Assembly: GCA_052145115.1 (NCBI GenBank)
Contig: JBKQPG010000044.1
Span: forward strand, 2,225 to 66,224
Direction: 5' to 3'
From: Bryobacteraceae bacterium
Lineage (GTDB): Bacteria; Acidobacteriota; Terriglobia; Bryobacterales; Bryobacteraceae
DNA: 64,000 bases
Part shown: positions 54,090 through 63,330 of the stretch, in pieces
Layout of the letters: each line of letters opens with the position of its first letter
How positions within the stretch are numbered: position 1 is the stretch's first letter
Position numbers and translations under genes: made by a program
Notes under the pieces: model-generated
What the model saw: the letters and a program-made list of their open reading frames with translations, nothing else
What the model was told of the DNA's origin: nothing
Database searches by the model: none

Positions 54090-56876
54090 CTAGAAGTGAA
54101 AACCTACCGTCGCGGTTAGCGCCCGCGGCGTGACGTAGTGCGTACCGCTGAATGTGGAGAGGAAGTTGTACAGCGCCTCATGGTTGGCGAGATTCACCGC
54201 CGCCAGGCGAATGCTCCACTTATATCTGTCGCCGTGGAGAAGGTTGTCATGCCCAATCGCCAGATCGAACAGGTTCTTTTGCGCGATACGCGGCGGATTG
54301 TGATCGTCGTTCTCTGTGCCTGCCGCGGGTATCGAGGTGTATTTGGAACCGTACTGAGACGCCGCGCAAAGTCCGTTCGGGCTGATCGGCGTCGTCGGCG
54401 TCGCAAAGACGCTGCCGCAATAGAGCCCGCCTTCGTACTGTTGATCCGGGGTCAGGCCGGACACGTCCACGATGGAGTCCGTCCCGTTCGGCCCGTTCGC
54501 GCAATTGCCCCCGGCGCAGGGCACCGGACCGGCCACCAGGCCGCTGTCATAGCGCCAGTTGAAGCCGATCCATGGCCCTCTCTTCCCTCCGATCTGATAC
54601 TGCAGGTGGGTGGTCATGTTAAAGGCTTCATCGTGGTCGATGCGGAATACCTCGCTTCCAACCGGGGCTGAGCCGATTCCGCTGACCTGCGGTTGAAAGA
54701 ACCGCGCCGCCACGTGCGACATGACGACGAACGCCGTCAAGCCGTGGAAGTTGGGCACCGAAGTGCGAATCGCGTAACCAGGGATCTTGGAGTTGTGCCA
54801 TTCGATCGGGAATGTGATGGGCGAGTCGCCGAGCACGCTGAAGTCATAAGCCTTGTGCGTGTACTTCCAGATGTACTCGCCGTCGACGACAAGATACCGT
54901 CCGAAAGCCTGCTCGAGGCCGGCGTGGAACTCATTGCGCCAGCCCGGGCTCAATGGCGTCGTGCTAACGCAAGGAGTGATGGTCGACCCCATGATCGCGG
55001 CGATCACAGGGTCGTTGCATCCCAGGCTCGAAAGGACCAGGTTCTCGTTAAAAGGCGTTTCGAGCACGCGGGCGTAAGAAGCGCGCAGCACGGTATTGGT
55101 TTTCTTGATGTTGTAAGCAACCCCCAACCGTGGCTCAATTTGACTTGAACTGACAATGCCATTGTACATATCGCCGCGCAGCCCGAGGCTGATACTCCAG
55201 TTGTGCGTAGTGATGACGTCCTCGATATACAGCGCCAATTCCCGGATGTCAGCGTGACCGTTGTAGGTGTACAGGCCGCTGGTTGAGTTCGGGCAGGCGT
55301 CGGATGCCGGAAGCGGCCCCGTCCTGCTCAGGTCATAGCAGGCCAGAAGAGAACTGAAGCCGGGATTCGATTGCAACCCACCGCCGCAGGCCGACGGATC
55401 CGTCAGGCTGGGATCCAGGACTGGGCTCCCCGAAGCATCCAGACAAGGTGCGTTGAGCGTCGGATCGACAATCCCGAAGCCATCCTTTTCCGTCAGGATT
55501 GTGTCCTCGTAGTTGACTCCCACTTTGATGTTGTGGATGCCCTTCACATACGACAATGTCGCGCGTGTGCCGAGGTTTGTGAGCTTGCGATTCTGGCCAA
55601 TCGTCTGGAGCTGAAGATCCGGGATGAGGTCGGAGAAAGGATCCCGGCTGGGATAGTAGTTGTACTGATCCCGGCGCACGTAGGCGCCGATGGTGAGCAC
55701 GGTGTTACTGTTCAGCAAACGCGTCCAGCTCGGCGCAAGATTGAACGTTCCGATTTTCGAGCGTTGATCCGTGGGCCCGACCACCTGGCCATCGGGGCCG
55801 AGGCCGTTGCAGGCGGTCGAATAACTCAGATAATTTTGACAGACCGGCCCGGACCATGCCGTCGCGTTTTGGGCGTCGAACGAATTGGGCGTCTGGAACC
55901 AGGACCGTGTATACCCGAAATTCAGGCTGAGCGTGTCATTCGCACTCGGTTTGTAATCGAAGCGGTCCCAAAAGTTTTGCTCATTGCCGCGGTCGTGCAT
56001 CACAGTGAATTCCGGCCCATCGAGGAACCGGCTGGTATCCATCCCATTGCCGGAGATGAAGTTACCCCACGACTTGCCGCCGTAGGAGAGATTGAATCCG
56101 CCGTTCACGGTCCCGAAGGAGCCATACGAGGTGGTAACTTCCCCGTGGGGCTGAGTCACGCCGAGGCCCGAACGTGTGGTCACAACAATTACGATGCTGG
56201 TCTTGTCGCCGTATTCGGCGGGGGGCGCACCTTCCATCACTTCCATCGACTGCACGGAGTCGACCGGAATCTGATTCGAGAAGACCTTGCTCTGCTGGTC
56301 CGTAATCGGCTGGCCGTCGACCGAGAAGGAGTTCTCGGCGTGATCGCCGAGTCCGTGAAAGAGACCGTTCGAGTCGGCCGCGATGCCTGGCACGCTCAAA
56401 GTCACCAGAGAGCTCAGAGATGACGATTGACTTTCGAGTGGCAGTTTGTCGAACAGGTTGCGGTCCACATCGGTGTGCGTCGTCGAAACCGTCTCCAGCA
56501 AGTCTGCTGAATCCGTGACCGTCAGCGTTGTCTTCGATGTGCCGATTTCCAAGCTGACTTTCACATCCAGTGGAATCGCGGATCGCAGATCGACATCCTG
56601 CGTCGCGGTCTGGAATCCCGCGGCGGCGGCCGTCAAATGGTAGTTGTTATACGGCACGTTATCGAATTCGAACGCCCCTTGCCCGTCCGTCTTGACGCTT
56701 TCCTGGTAGTGGGAAACCGGGTTCAGAATACTGACCACGGCGCCCTTGACTGCCGCTCCAGATGGGTCCAAGACCGCTCCGTGGATCGTGCCCGCGGCTG
56801 AGTGGCCATAACTCAAGACGCCGCAACTTAAGGCCAGAACGACGCAGGAGAGATCCCGTAAAGCAAGCTTAATCAT
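54090..56876 (-). CDS. TonB-dependent outer membrane receptor with an N-terminal carboxypeptidase-regulatory-like domain
   Basis: Signal peptide. GTIHGAVLDPSGAAVKGAVVSI...DGQGAFEFDNVPYNNYHLTAAAAGF. Plug-like region, a long beta-barrel, and a terminal TVGFHF. Confidence 0.85.
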   Translation of the reverse strand: MIKLALRDLSCVVLALSCGVLSYGHSAAGTIHGAVLDPSGAAVKGAVVSILNPVSHYQESVKTDGQGAFEFDNVPYNNYHLTAAAAGFQTATQDVDLRSAIPLDVKVSLEIGTSKTTLTVTDSADLLETVSTTHTDVDRNLFDKLPLESQSSSLSSLVTLSVPGIAADSNGLFHGLGDHAENSFSVDGQPITDQQSKVFSNQIPVDSVQSMEVMEGAPPAEYGDKTSIVIVVTTRSGLGVTQPHGEVTTSYGSFGTVNGGFNLSYGGKSWGNFISGNGMDTSRFLDGPEFTVMHDRGNEQNFWDRFDYKPSANDTLSLNFGYTRSWFQTPNSFDAQNATAWSGPVCQNYLSYSTACNGLGPDGQVVGPTDQRSKIGTFNLAPSWTRLLNSNTVLTIGAYVRRDQYNYYPSRDPFSDLIPDLQLQTIGQNRKLTNLGTRATLSYVKGIHNIKVGVNYEDTILTEKDGFGIVDPTLNAPCLDASGSPVLDPSLTDPSACGGGLQSNPGFSSLLACYDLSRTGPLPASDACPNSTSGLYTYNGHADIRELALYIEDVITTHNWSISLGLRGDMYNGIVSSSQIEPRLGVAYNIKKTNTVLRASYARVLETPFNENLVLSSLGCNDPVIAAIMGSTITPCVSTTPLSPGWRNEFHAGLEQAFGRYLVVDGEYIWKYTHKAYDFSVLGDSPITFPIEWHNSKIPGYAIRTSVPNFHGLTAFVVMSHVAARFFQPQVSGIGSAPVGSEVFRIDHDEAFNMTTHLQYQIGGKRGPWIGFNWRYDSGLVAGPVPCAGGNCANGPNGTDSIVDVSGLTPDQQYEGGLYCGSVFATPTTPISPNGLCAASQYGSKYTSIPAAGTENDDHNPPRIAQKNLFDLAIGHDNLLHGDRYKWSIRLAAVNLANHEALYNFLSTFSGTHYVTPRALTATVGFHF

Positions 56877-57234
56877 TCTTCGATTGTGTAGGACACTTCT
56901 AAGGACCCCTCGAAAAATCCGATCGATGGGCGAGTGGCGGCGGTAGGAGAACTATTCCTGAAGATGAGCGGACACGCTTTCACCTCACTAGAGTTCGAAG
57001 ACGCAGGCCGGATCTGATTGCGATCGGGAACTCGCCCCTCGACGGCGATCCGCCACTTCCGGATTCGCTGGAAAACTGCGCGTCCCGCTGGCGCGGTGAC
57101 TCGGCTCGTTCATTGCTGGGATTCGCCCGCCTGCCGGAAATTGCTTTTGAGCAACGCCGCATACCCCTAGTCTCCATTGAGTGGGCGATCTGCGCAGGGC
57201 GAGCAAGAGGCGCGCGATATCGCGCGCTGAGGAC

Positions 57235-57753
57235 ATGCGCACGCTGGCACTGGTGCTGGTGGCGTGCCTCGTGCCCGCTGTGGGAGTGACGATCGGAATC
57301 GTCGCGACCACCCAGCCAGATCTCTCGTATCTCGTTCCCATTCGTCGTGCGGAGAAGGACTCTGTTCTCCTGAGCTGGTCGAGTCTGCTGCGGGATGACG
57401 ACGGTGACACCGCCCTCCGGCCGGACCTCCGCATGGGGATCGAGGTCCGTGTTCTCGGATACATGGCGGATGGTGATCGCGTCCCGCGCGAGGGAGAGTG
57501 GGTGCGGGAGTTCTGCCTGCTCCCAGACACGGGGAATTTGCTCCGTTCGTCTCACCGCTACACTGACCAGATGATCGCAGTGCATCTCGATGACGGCATC
57601 CGCATCCGGTATTCCTCCAAGGAATTGGTCTGGGCATGGGGATCGCTGCAGGCTCTGCAAGAGGTTGCGGGCGATGCCAGACCGCTCTACACTCTGGATC
57701 GAGCGCACGCTCAGCCTGCTGAAAAGGCGGAGATCCGGAAGTATTTCCATTAG
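57235..57753 (+). CDS. Secreted protein, possibly DUF3299-like
   Basis: Start MRTLALVLVACLVPAV after a GAGGA RBS. VRVLGYMADGD...EFCLLPD...QMIAVHL loosely resembles DUF3299. The family call is weak. Confidence 0.5.
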   Translation: MRTLALVLVACLVPAVGVTIGIVATTQPDLSYLVPIRRAEKDSVLLSWSSLLRDDDGDTALRPDLRMGIEVRVLGYMADGDRVPREGEWVREFCLLPDTGNLLRSSHRYTDQMIAVHLDDGIRIRYSSKELVWAWGSLQALQEVAGDARPLYTLDRAHAQPAEKAEIRKYFH

Positions 57754-57834
57754 CGCAAATGCCAGTCGCAGTTCGCTCGCGGGAACGCTCCGGGGTGATG
57801 CGTACCGTCAGGCGAACATGGCTCGTGTGGCTCC

Positions 57835-58584
57835 TCACCAGTGCAGCAGCTCGCGAATGCTCCGGGCCTGCCTTTTGCTGACAATGAACTGCTGGTCGTT
57901 ATTGAGCGTGACCAGCCATCGCTGGCTGCTGAGAGCGCTCATCTTGCGGACATGATCTACGTTGACGAGGGCGTTGCGGTGGATTCTACGAAAGCTCGTG
58001 GATTGGAGACGCGGCTCGATCGCCTTCAGTGTTTGCGTAGCCATGTACTTCTTCTTGGCAGTGAAGATCCAAATCAGGTCGCCATCGGCCTGGAAGGCGA
58101 GGATCTCGCCGGCGCTCAAAAGAAAATACTCTTCCCCCACTTTGCCCACTATCTTCCGGCTGAGGGGCCCTTCCAGAGGGCCGGCAATCTCCTGAAGTTG
58201 CGCCAGTCTCTCCGCGGCTCCTTGGCCGTTTAGGCGCGCCGCCCGTTCGATGGCCTCAGTCAGGCGCTCCCGCCGGACGGGTTTGAGCAGATAATCGATG
58301 GCGCCGGCTTCGAAGGCTTCGAGGGCGTACTTGTCATAGGCCGTGACAATGACTACGACCGGAATGTGGGTGCCGCACTGGATCGAGCGGATGACGTCGA
58401 GGCCGCTCATCACAGGCATCTGAAGGTCGAGCAGAACGAGATCCGGACGCTTGGCAAAGATCTCGTCCACGGCAGCAGCGCCGGTGTCCGCCTCACCGAC
58501 AATCTCGATGTTGTCTAGGGATTCGAGCTCCTCGCGCAGAACCCGGCGGGCAAACGGTTCATCATCAACGATGAGCGTTTTCAA
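57835..58584 (-). CDS. LytTR-family response regulator (REC + LytTR DNA-binding domain)
   Basis: (M)KTLIVDDEPFARRVL, LVLLDLQMPVMSG and LLKP form the REC domain. C-terminal FRRIHRNALVNVDHV is LytTR. The start is probably TTG at 58584 or 58590. The track ORF is over-extended to 58812. Confidence 0.85.
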   Translation of the reverse strand: MKTLIVDDEPFARRVLREELESLDNIEIVGEADTGAAAVDEIFAKRPDLVLLDLQMPVMSGLDVIRSIQCGTHIPVVVIVTAYDKYALEAFEAGAIDYLLKPVRRERLTEAIERAARLNGQGAAERLAQLQEIAGPLEGPLSRKIVGKVGEEYFLLSAGEILAFQADGDLIWIFTAKKKYMATQTLKAIEPRLQSTSFRRIHRNALVNVDHVRKMSALSSQRWLVTLNNDQQFIVSKRQARSIRELLHW

Positions 58585-58908
58585 GGGCAAGGGGGAGCCC
58601 CACGGCTCAGATACTCTTAGCACGCCGGCGCCAGAACGCCGTAGGGATTTCAGATGAGCGGGCAGCGGGAGAAGGCGAGCGGCCTGGAACTGGCACCAAG
58701 CGGACCTTGCAATTCCCTGCGCGGCCTCTGAAAAGGCGTGGCGAGGTGTGGCAACGGAATCAGGGGCGCGTTCAATCCACTTTGGTGACACCATCGGCCG
58801 AATTGGCTGCAACGATGAACCCCTTGCCGTAGCATGCCGGCAGGTGGCTGCGGATATTGCAGAGTGCGATGCCGCCGGGCGCCGAGAGTTTGCGGATTAC
58901 AATGGAGC

Positions 58909-59631
58909 ATGTTTCCGTATGACGCTGCGCTGCTAGGCGCTGTTGGGGCCGCGCCGGAGTCGATCCCGGACGTTGTCCAGATTCTCCAGACCGTGGAGAC
59001 AATTTGTGCCGACGGCGATGGCCTGAAGTGGTTCAACTGGCTGTACCTGCAGGTGACACAGGCGGTCGCGGCGCGCATCGCGGGCGGCGAATTCGCCGAT
59101 TCCGCATGGCTGGCGCAACTGGACGTGCAGTTCGCAGGTTTCTATTTCTCGGCCCTTAAGAGCTCACTCTCGGGCGCGGCCACGCCGGCGTGCTGGCAGG
59201 TATTATTCGAGAGCCGCAACCACGACGCGATCGCGCGAATCCAGTTCGCGCTGGCCGGCATTAACGCGCATATCAATCACGATCTGGCGGCGGCCATCGT
59301 GGCTACCTGTCAGGCGACCGGCACAAGTCCGGATGACGGTGGAGCGCACTACAGCGACTACACGGCGCTCAATTCCACGCTGGACGGCCTGATCGAATCC
59401 GCCAAGCTGACGCTGAATGTCCGGCTCCCCGGCGGGGCGCTGCCGCCGGTCTCCCAGCTGGAAGATACAATTGCCGCGTGGAGCGTGAGCGCGGCGCGGG
59501 AATCGGCGTGGCAGAACGCCGAACATCTGTGGCAACTGCGCTCGACTGCGTTGCTTACTGCAAGCTTCATGGACGTGCTGGACGGCTTCACCACCGTGAT
59601 CAGCAAGACGCTGTTGGCGCCAGTGCCATAG
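58909..59631 (+). CDS. DUF5995-like protein
   Basis: DGLKWFNWLYLQVT, LDVQFAGFYF, and FALAGINAHINHDLAAAIV are characteristic of that family as I recall it. Start uncertain (58834 or 58909). Confidence 0.6.
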   Translation: MFPYDAALLGAVGAAPESIPDVVQILQTVETICADGDGLKWFNWLYLQVTQAVAARIAGGEFADSAWLAQLDVQFAGFYFSALKSSLSGAATPACWQVLFESRNHDAIARIQFALAGINAHINHDLAAAIVATCQATGTSPDDGGAHYSDYTALNSTLDGLIESAKLTLNVRLPGGALPPVSQLEDTIAAWSVSAARESAWQNAEHLWQLRSTALLTASFMDVLDGFTTVISKTLLAPVP

Positions 59632-59774
59632 ACGGAAAGAGGATGAGCCGGGCAGCGGAGCAGTATGGAGACCGCTCGCTGAACAGTCGAGGCACGGTAA
59701 GGGGGGAGCGCGCGTTGACACTCGCGGCTCAGAAACGCAGGTGCGGCTAGTAGGAAAGGCAGCTTGGGACGAGG

Positions 59775-60887
59775 CTAGTCGCCGGTGGCGGGTTGGGCCA
59801 GGGGCTGGCGGACGGAGGCCCACCATTCCTTGAACAGCGGCAGGACTCCGGGGAAGCCTTTCCAGCCGGTGCGCGCCACCGAGAGCAGGACCATGAAGGC
59901 GATGACGAAGAGTGCCAGCAGGACGGTCTGCGGGACGCTCAGGTTCTCCTTAAACGCCCCCAGCCAGCGGCCATAGACCAGCTCAGTGTGGACCCAATAG
60001 ACCAGCAGCGAGGTGGTGCCGAGCTGGCGCACGAAGCTCCAGCCGTTGGGGTTGAGGTAGTTGTTGAGCAGGAAGGCCCAGCAGCAGATCAGCAGAATGA
60101 CGCCGGTTTTGATAAAGATCAGGGCCGGACTGTTGAGCCAGAAATCGGATTGCGGATACAGGCTGAAGGGCAGGTCGGCGGCGAAGCGCGCGGCCAACAT
60201 CAGGACGATGCCGCCCAGCGCGACCCATTGCATCACCCGGCTCAGGTCTTCTTCCTTCACCAGGCGCAGCCCGGAGCCGCAGCTCAGGCCGAAAGCGAGG
60301 AAGGCGCCCCAGGGAAAGATGGGGAAGCAATTGGGGTTGGGGACGAAGTAGTCGCGCAGGAAGGGATGGAGCCAGGTGAAGCCCAACTGCGAGATGAAGG
60401 GCGAGGCGCAGGCTATGGCCAGTCCGGCCAGCGCGCCGAAACGCAGGCGCTCGCGGGTATCGACCAGCGCCAGCGGGGCCAGGACCACGACCGAAGCGGC
60501 CATGCAGTTGAGGATGTCCACCTTGAAAACGTTCTGCCAATCGCTCTGGCCGAAGGCGGTCAGCCATTGCTGCAGGCGGAAAGCCAGGCCGATCAGGATC
60601 AGGTAGCGCGCGCGGTAGATGGCGGCCAGGACGCGGCGCCAGGCCGTGGGCTCCTTGCGGCTCTGCGAATCCATCAGAAACGCCAGCGTCACGCCGGTCA
60701 CAAAAAGGAACACGGCCGGGGTCAGGCCGCCGAAAAACTGGCTCAAAACGTATGGGCTGTCGGAGCGCAAGTCCTTGTGGGTAAAGGAGTGGAAGACGTG
60801 CCCCTGGAGCATGATGACGGTGGCGCAACCACGAGTCCAATCAAGGAATGAGAGGCGCTTGCCGCTGCTGGAGGAGGATCCGGCCAT
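59775..60887 (-). CDS. Polytopic membrane acyltransferase-like protein (DUF1624 / heparan-alpha-glucosaminide N-acetyltransferase-like)
   Basis: RLSFLDWTRGCATVIMLQGHVFHSF N-terminal motif, about 10 TM helices. 370 aa. Confidence 0.65.
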   Translation of the reverse strand: MAGSSSSSGKRLSFLDWTRGCATVIMLQGHVFHSFTHKDLRSDSPYVLSQFFGGLTPAVFLFVTGVTLAFLMDSQSRKEPTAWRRVLAAIYRARYLILIGLAFRLQQWLTAFGQSDWQNVFKVDILNCMAASVVVLAPLALVDTRERLRFGALAGLAIACASPFISQLGFTWLHPFLRDYFVPNPNCFPIFPWGAFLAFGLSCGSGLRLVKEEDLSRVMQWVALGGIVLMLAARFAADLPFSLYPQSDFWLNSPALIFIKTGVILLICCWAFLLNNYLNPNGWSFVRQLGTTSLLVYWVHTELVYGRWLGAFKENLSVPQTVLLALFVIAFMVLLSVARTGWKGFPGVLPLFKEWWASVRQPLAQPATGD

Positions 60888-61001
60888 TACTGTCTCTTGA
60901 TGCTCACTCCGCTGCCGCGATTCCAGAATGCAGGCCGATGCCCAAATCGGCGTCTCGAGTTGTCGGCAGCATGGCTGTAGTCTGAACCTCGCGGGGGCCC
61001 G

Positions 61002-61715
61002 TCATTTTCCGGCCGAACCCAGTTCATGCTCCGGGCGCACCTTCTTGACGCCCTTGGGCAGCTTCATATGCACCGAAGCCTCTGTAACAGAAGGCGAATT
61101 CACCTGTACATTGGTGTACTCCGCCAATTGATAATCTTTCGATGGCTGGTGCAATTTCAGCCGCAGCGGGTAGCCGCCGTCCTGGGCGATCCACATTTCG
61201 ATGCGCGGAAATTGCTCGCGGGCCTCGGGGGATTTGGGCACCAGCTCGAGCAGGTCGGCCGGGCGATCCTGGACGGTAGTCATCTCTTCATATCTGATGC
61301 TGTATTTCTTGCGAAGATCCGACGCGGATGCGCCGAACCCGAGCAGCAGGTATTCGTCGATCAGGCGGCTCTGCTTGCCGCCCAGGTCGTACTCCTCGAC
61401 CTGAGCGAGCTTGGGGTAATAGATCAGCACCTTCTTGTCAGCAAAGGAAATCGCGCCGGGGTCGGGCTTCTCGATTTCGATGAGCACGCGCACATCCTTG
61501 CCCGGCGCGCGGAAGACGGTGAGATGCCCCGAGGATTCGTCGGATAGTTTAATGACGGCGGTATAGGCGATCTTGTGGACGTCGGCGGTGAGGGCGTGGA
61601 AGCCCTTGGAGAGGCGATCCACCCGCCCCAGGGCGGCGTTCAGGTTCTGGGCGGGCGAGCAGGCGGCGACGAGCAGCGCCGCGCCAAGAAGACGGCTGAT
61701 GCGGGCGAGAATCAT
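61002..61715 (-). CDS. LolA-like outer-membrane lipoprotein carrier/sorting family protein
   Basis: Lipoprotein-type signal LLGAALLVAACS. The body, with FHALTADV...LTVFRAPGK...LIYYPKLAQVEEYDLG, resembles the LolA/LolB-like fold. Confidence 0.6.
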   Translation of the reverse strand: MILARISRLLGAALLVAACSPAQNLNAALGRVDRLSKGFHALTADVHKIAYTAVIKLSDESSGHLTVFRAPGKDVRVLIEIEKPDPGAISFADKKVLIYYPKLAQVEEYDLGGKQSRLIDEYLLLGFGASASDLRKKYSIRYEEMTTVQDRPADLLELVPKSPEAREQFPRIEMWIAQDGGYPLRLKLHQPSKDYQLAEYTNVQVNSPSVTEASVHMKLPKGVKKVRPEHELGSAGK

Positions 61716-61741
61716 GGTGTCGGAGGTTTCGTGGGTCCAGC

Positions 61742-62077
61742 CTAGGGCTTAAAGAAAGCCATAAAACAAGTCACTTCTTCGTCCGGATCGGTTACCGTCT
61801 CCAGCCGAATCAGTTGCATTTTTTTGCCGGTGCGCTTCTGGACGAGGTCGATGGCGCGCTGGCCGCGCAATTCCGGGGCGATGTCGCCCATCAGGCTGGG
61901 GTCGATCAAAAAGACCGATTCCGAGGGCGCTCCGGGAATCTGGACGACGCTGACGGCCCGCGGCTGGTCCTTGAAGAAACCCCGTGGAGTCAAAAAGATA
62001 AAGCCGAGAATCAGCGCGACAACTACGTCGTACTGCCAGCTGGCACGAGGGAACTCCCAAAATAACAGCCGGCGCAT
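61742..62077 (-). CDS. Small membrane-anchored hypothetical protein (111 aa)
   Basis: Start MRRLLFWEFPRASWQYDVVVALILGFIFL (one TM helix). The track ORF is over-extended to 62395. Confidence 0.5.
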   Translation of the reverse strand: MRRLLFWEFPRASWQYDVVVALILGFIFLTPRGFFKDQPRAVSVVQIPGAPSESVFLIDPSLMGDIAPELRGQRAIDLVQKRTGKKMQLIRLETVTDPDEEVTCFMAFFKP

Positions 62078-62148
62078 GGCTTCAATTTTCAGTGTAGCAC
62101 CCGAAAAACGGAGCGCGCCGCCGTGAGAAAGAGGTTGAAAAGGCAGGT

Positions 62149-62472
62149 CTACTCGCGCACGCGGGCCTGGTTCCAGTTGCGCTTCCCGCAATGCGGACAT
62201 CGGGCGTACTTGGAGCCGGGCGTGTGCGGGCTCAGAAAGTCCTGCAGCGGCGTCAGGGTGAATTCCTGGCCGCAGTCGGCGCACACGTAGGCCGTGGCGC
62301 CGGCGTTCCAGCGGACCAGCAGAAAGACGACAACCAGCGCCGCGCCGATCAACACCACCGGATGGGTCCGGCCCAGCAGGAGGCCGGCCACGCACAATCC
62401 GCCCACGGCGAGGGCGACGATGAAGAGGTTGACGATCCAGTCCTCGTGGTTGGGCACGCGCGAGACGGGCAT
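62149..62472 (-). CDS. Membrane protein with a C-terminal zinc-ribbon
   Basis: Two TM helices, then CADCG...CPHCG. 107 aa. Confidence 0.55.
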   Translation of the reverse strand: MPVSRVPNHEDWIVNLFIVALAVGGLCVAGLLLGRTHPVVLIGAALVVVFLLVRWNAGATAYVCADCGQEFTLTPLQDFLSPHTPGSKYARCPHCGKRNWNQARVRE

Positions 62473-62605
62473 GGGGCGTTTCCCGGTCTTATTCTACATC
62501 CGCCGGGGAAAACGCCGATGCCTGTTCCGCGGTGGACCTGGCCCGGGATCGCGCGGCCGTCATCAGGTCTTGGAAAGCGGGGAGAATGGTCTGCGGCAGG
62601 GGGAA

Positions 62606-63130
62606 TCAGCGCTTCCGGCGGCGGGGCCTGGCGGGTGCTTTCGCGGGCGGAGCGGGGGGCGCGGCGGGGTGCTGGAGGACGGACTCGATCTCCTGCTGGC
62701 GCAGGGCCTGGCAGTGGGAGCAGTAGCCGCCGATTTCGGTGCGGGCGATGAGAATCTGGAAGCCGAAGGTAGTCTCGATCTGGTGGCGCAGGCGGTGCAG
62801 CGGGGGCCCGTAGAACTCCTCGACGCGGCCGCAGCGCAGGCAGATGATGTGGGCGTGCTCCTGCTTGCGGCGGGTCTCGTAGTAGTGCTGGTCGCCGACG
62901 AAATGCATCAGGTCGAGCTCGTCGACCAGGCCGCCCTCCTTCAGCATTTTGAGGGTGCGGTACACTGTGACGCGGTTGAGCTTGGGGTCGCGCTGGCGGG
63001 CCAGGCTGTAGAGCGCTTCGGCGTCCAGATGCTGGCCGGACTCCTCGATCAGGTCGAGCAAAAGTTGGCGCTGGCGGGTCAGCCGGATGCCGCGTTGGCG
63101 GAGGGTCTGGCTGGACGTGTCGGACTTCAT
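62606..63130 (-). CDS. Fur-family metalloregulator (Fur/Zur/PerR-like) with a Pro/Arg-rich C-terminal tail
   Basis: RLTRQRQLLLDLI, VTVYRTLKMLKEGGLV, HAHIICLRCG and CSHCQ (CxxC pairs). Tail PAAPPAPPAKAPARPRRRKR. The track ORF is over-extended to 63331. Confidence 0.85.
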   Translation of the reverse strand: MKSDTSSQTLRQRGIRLTRQRQLLLDLIEESGQHLDAEALYSLARQRDPKLNRVTVYRTLKMLKEGGLVDELDLMHFVGDQHYYETRRKQEHAHIICLRCGRVEEFYGPPLHRLRHQIETTFGFQILIARTEIGGYCSHCQALRQQEIESVLQHPAAPPAPPAKAPARPRRRKR

Positions 63131-63330
63131 CCGTTTAGATGATTGTACACGCGGATTGAGGGAATGCAGCGGGGATTCAGCCAGATGCGCCGATTCGGAG
63201 CGGCCGGCGCGCCATTCATCGGGCAATGGCCGGCCCCCAGGCCGGGGCGACGGGAAGACGGGCGCGTGAAGCCGCAGGGGGCGGCGTGAGATAATCGTCG
63301 GCTGGACGTCGCTGGGAGGTTTTAACTGCA

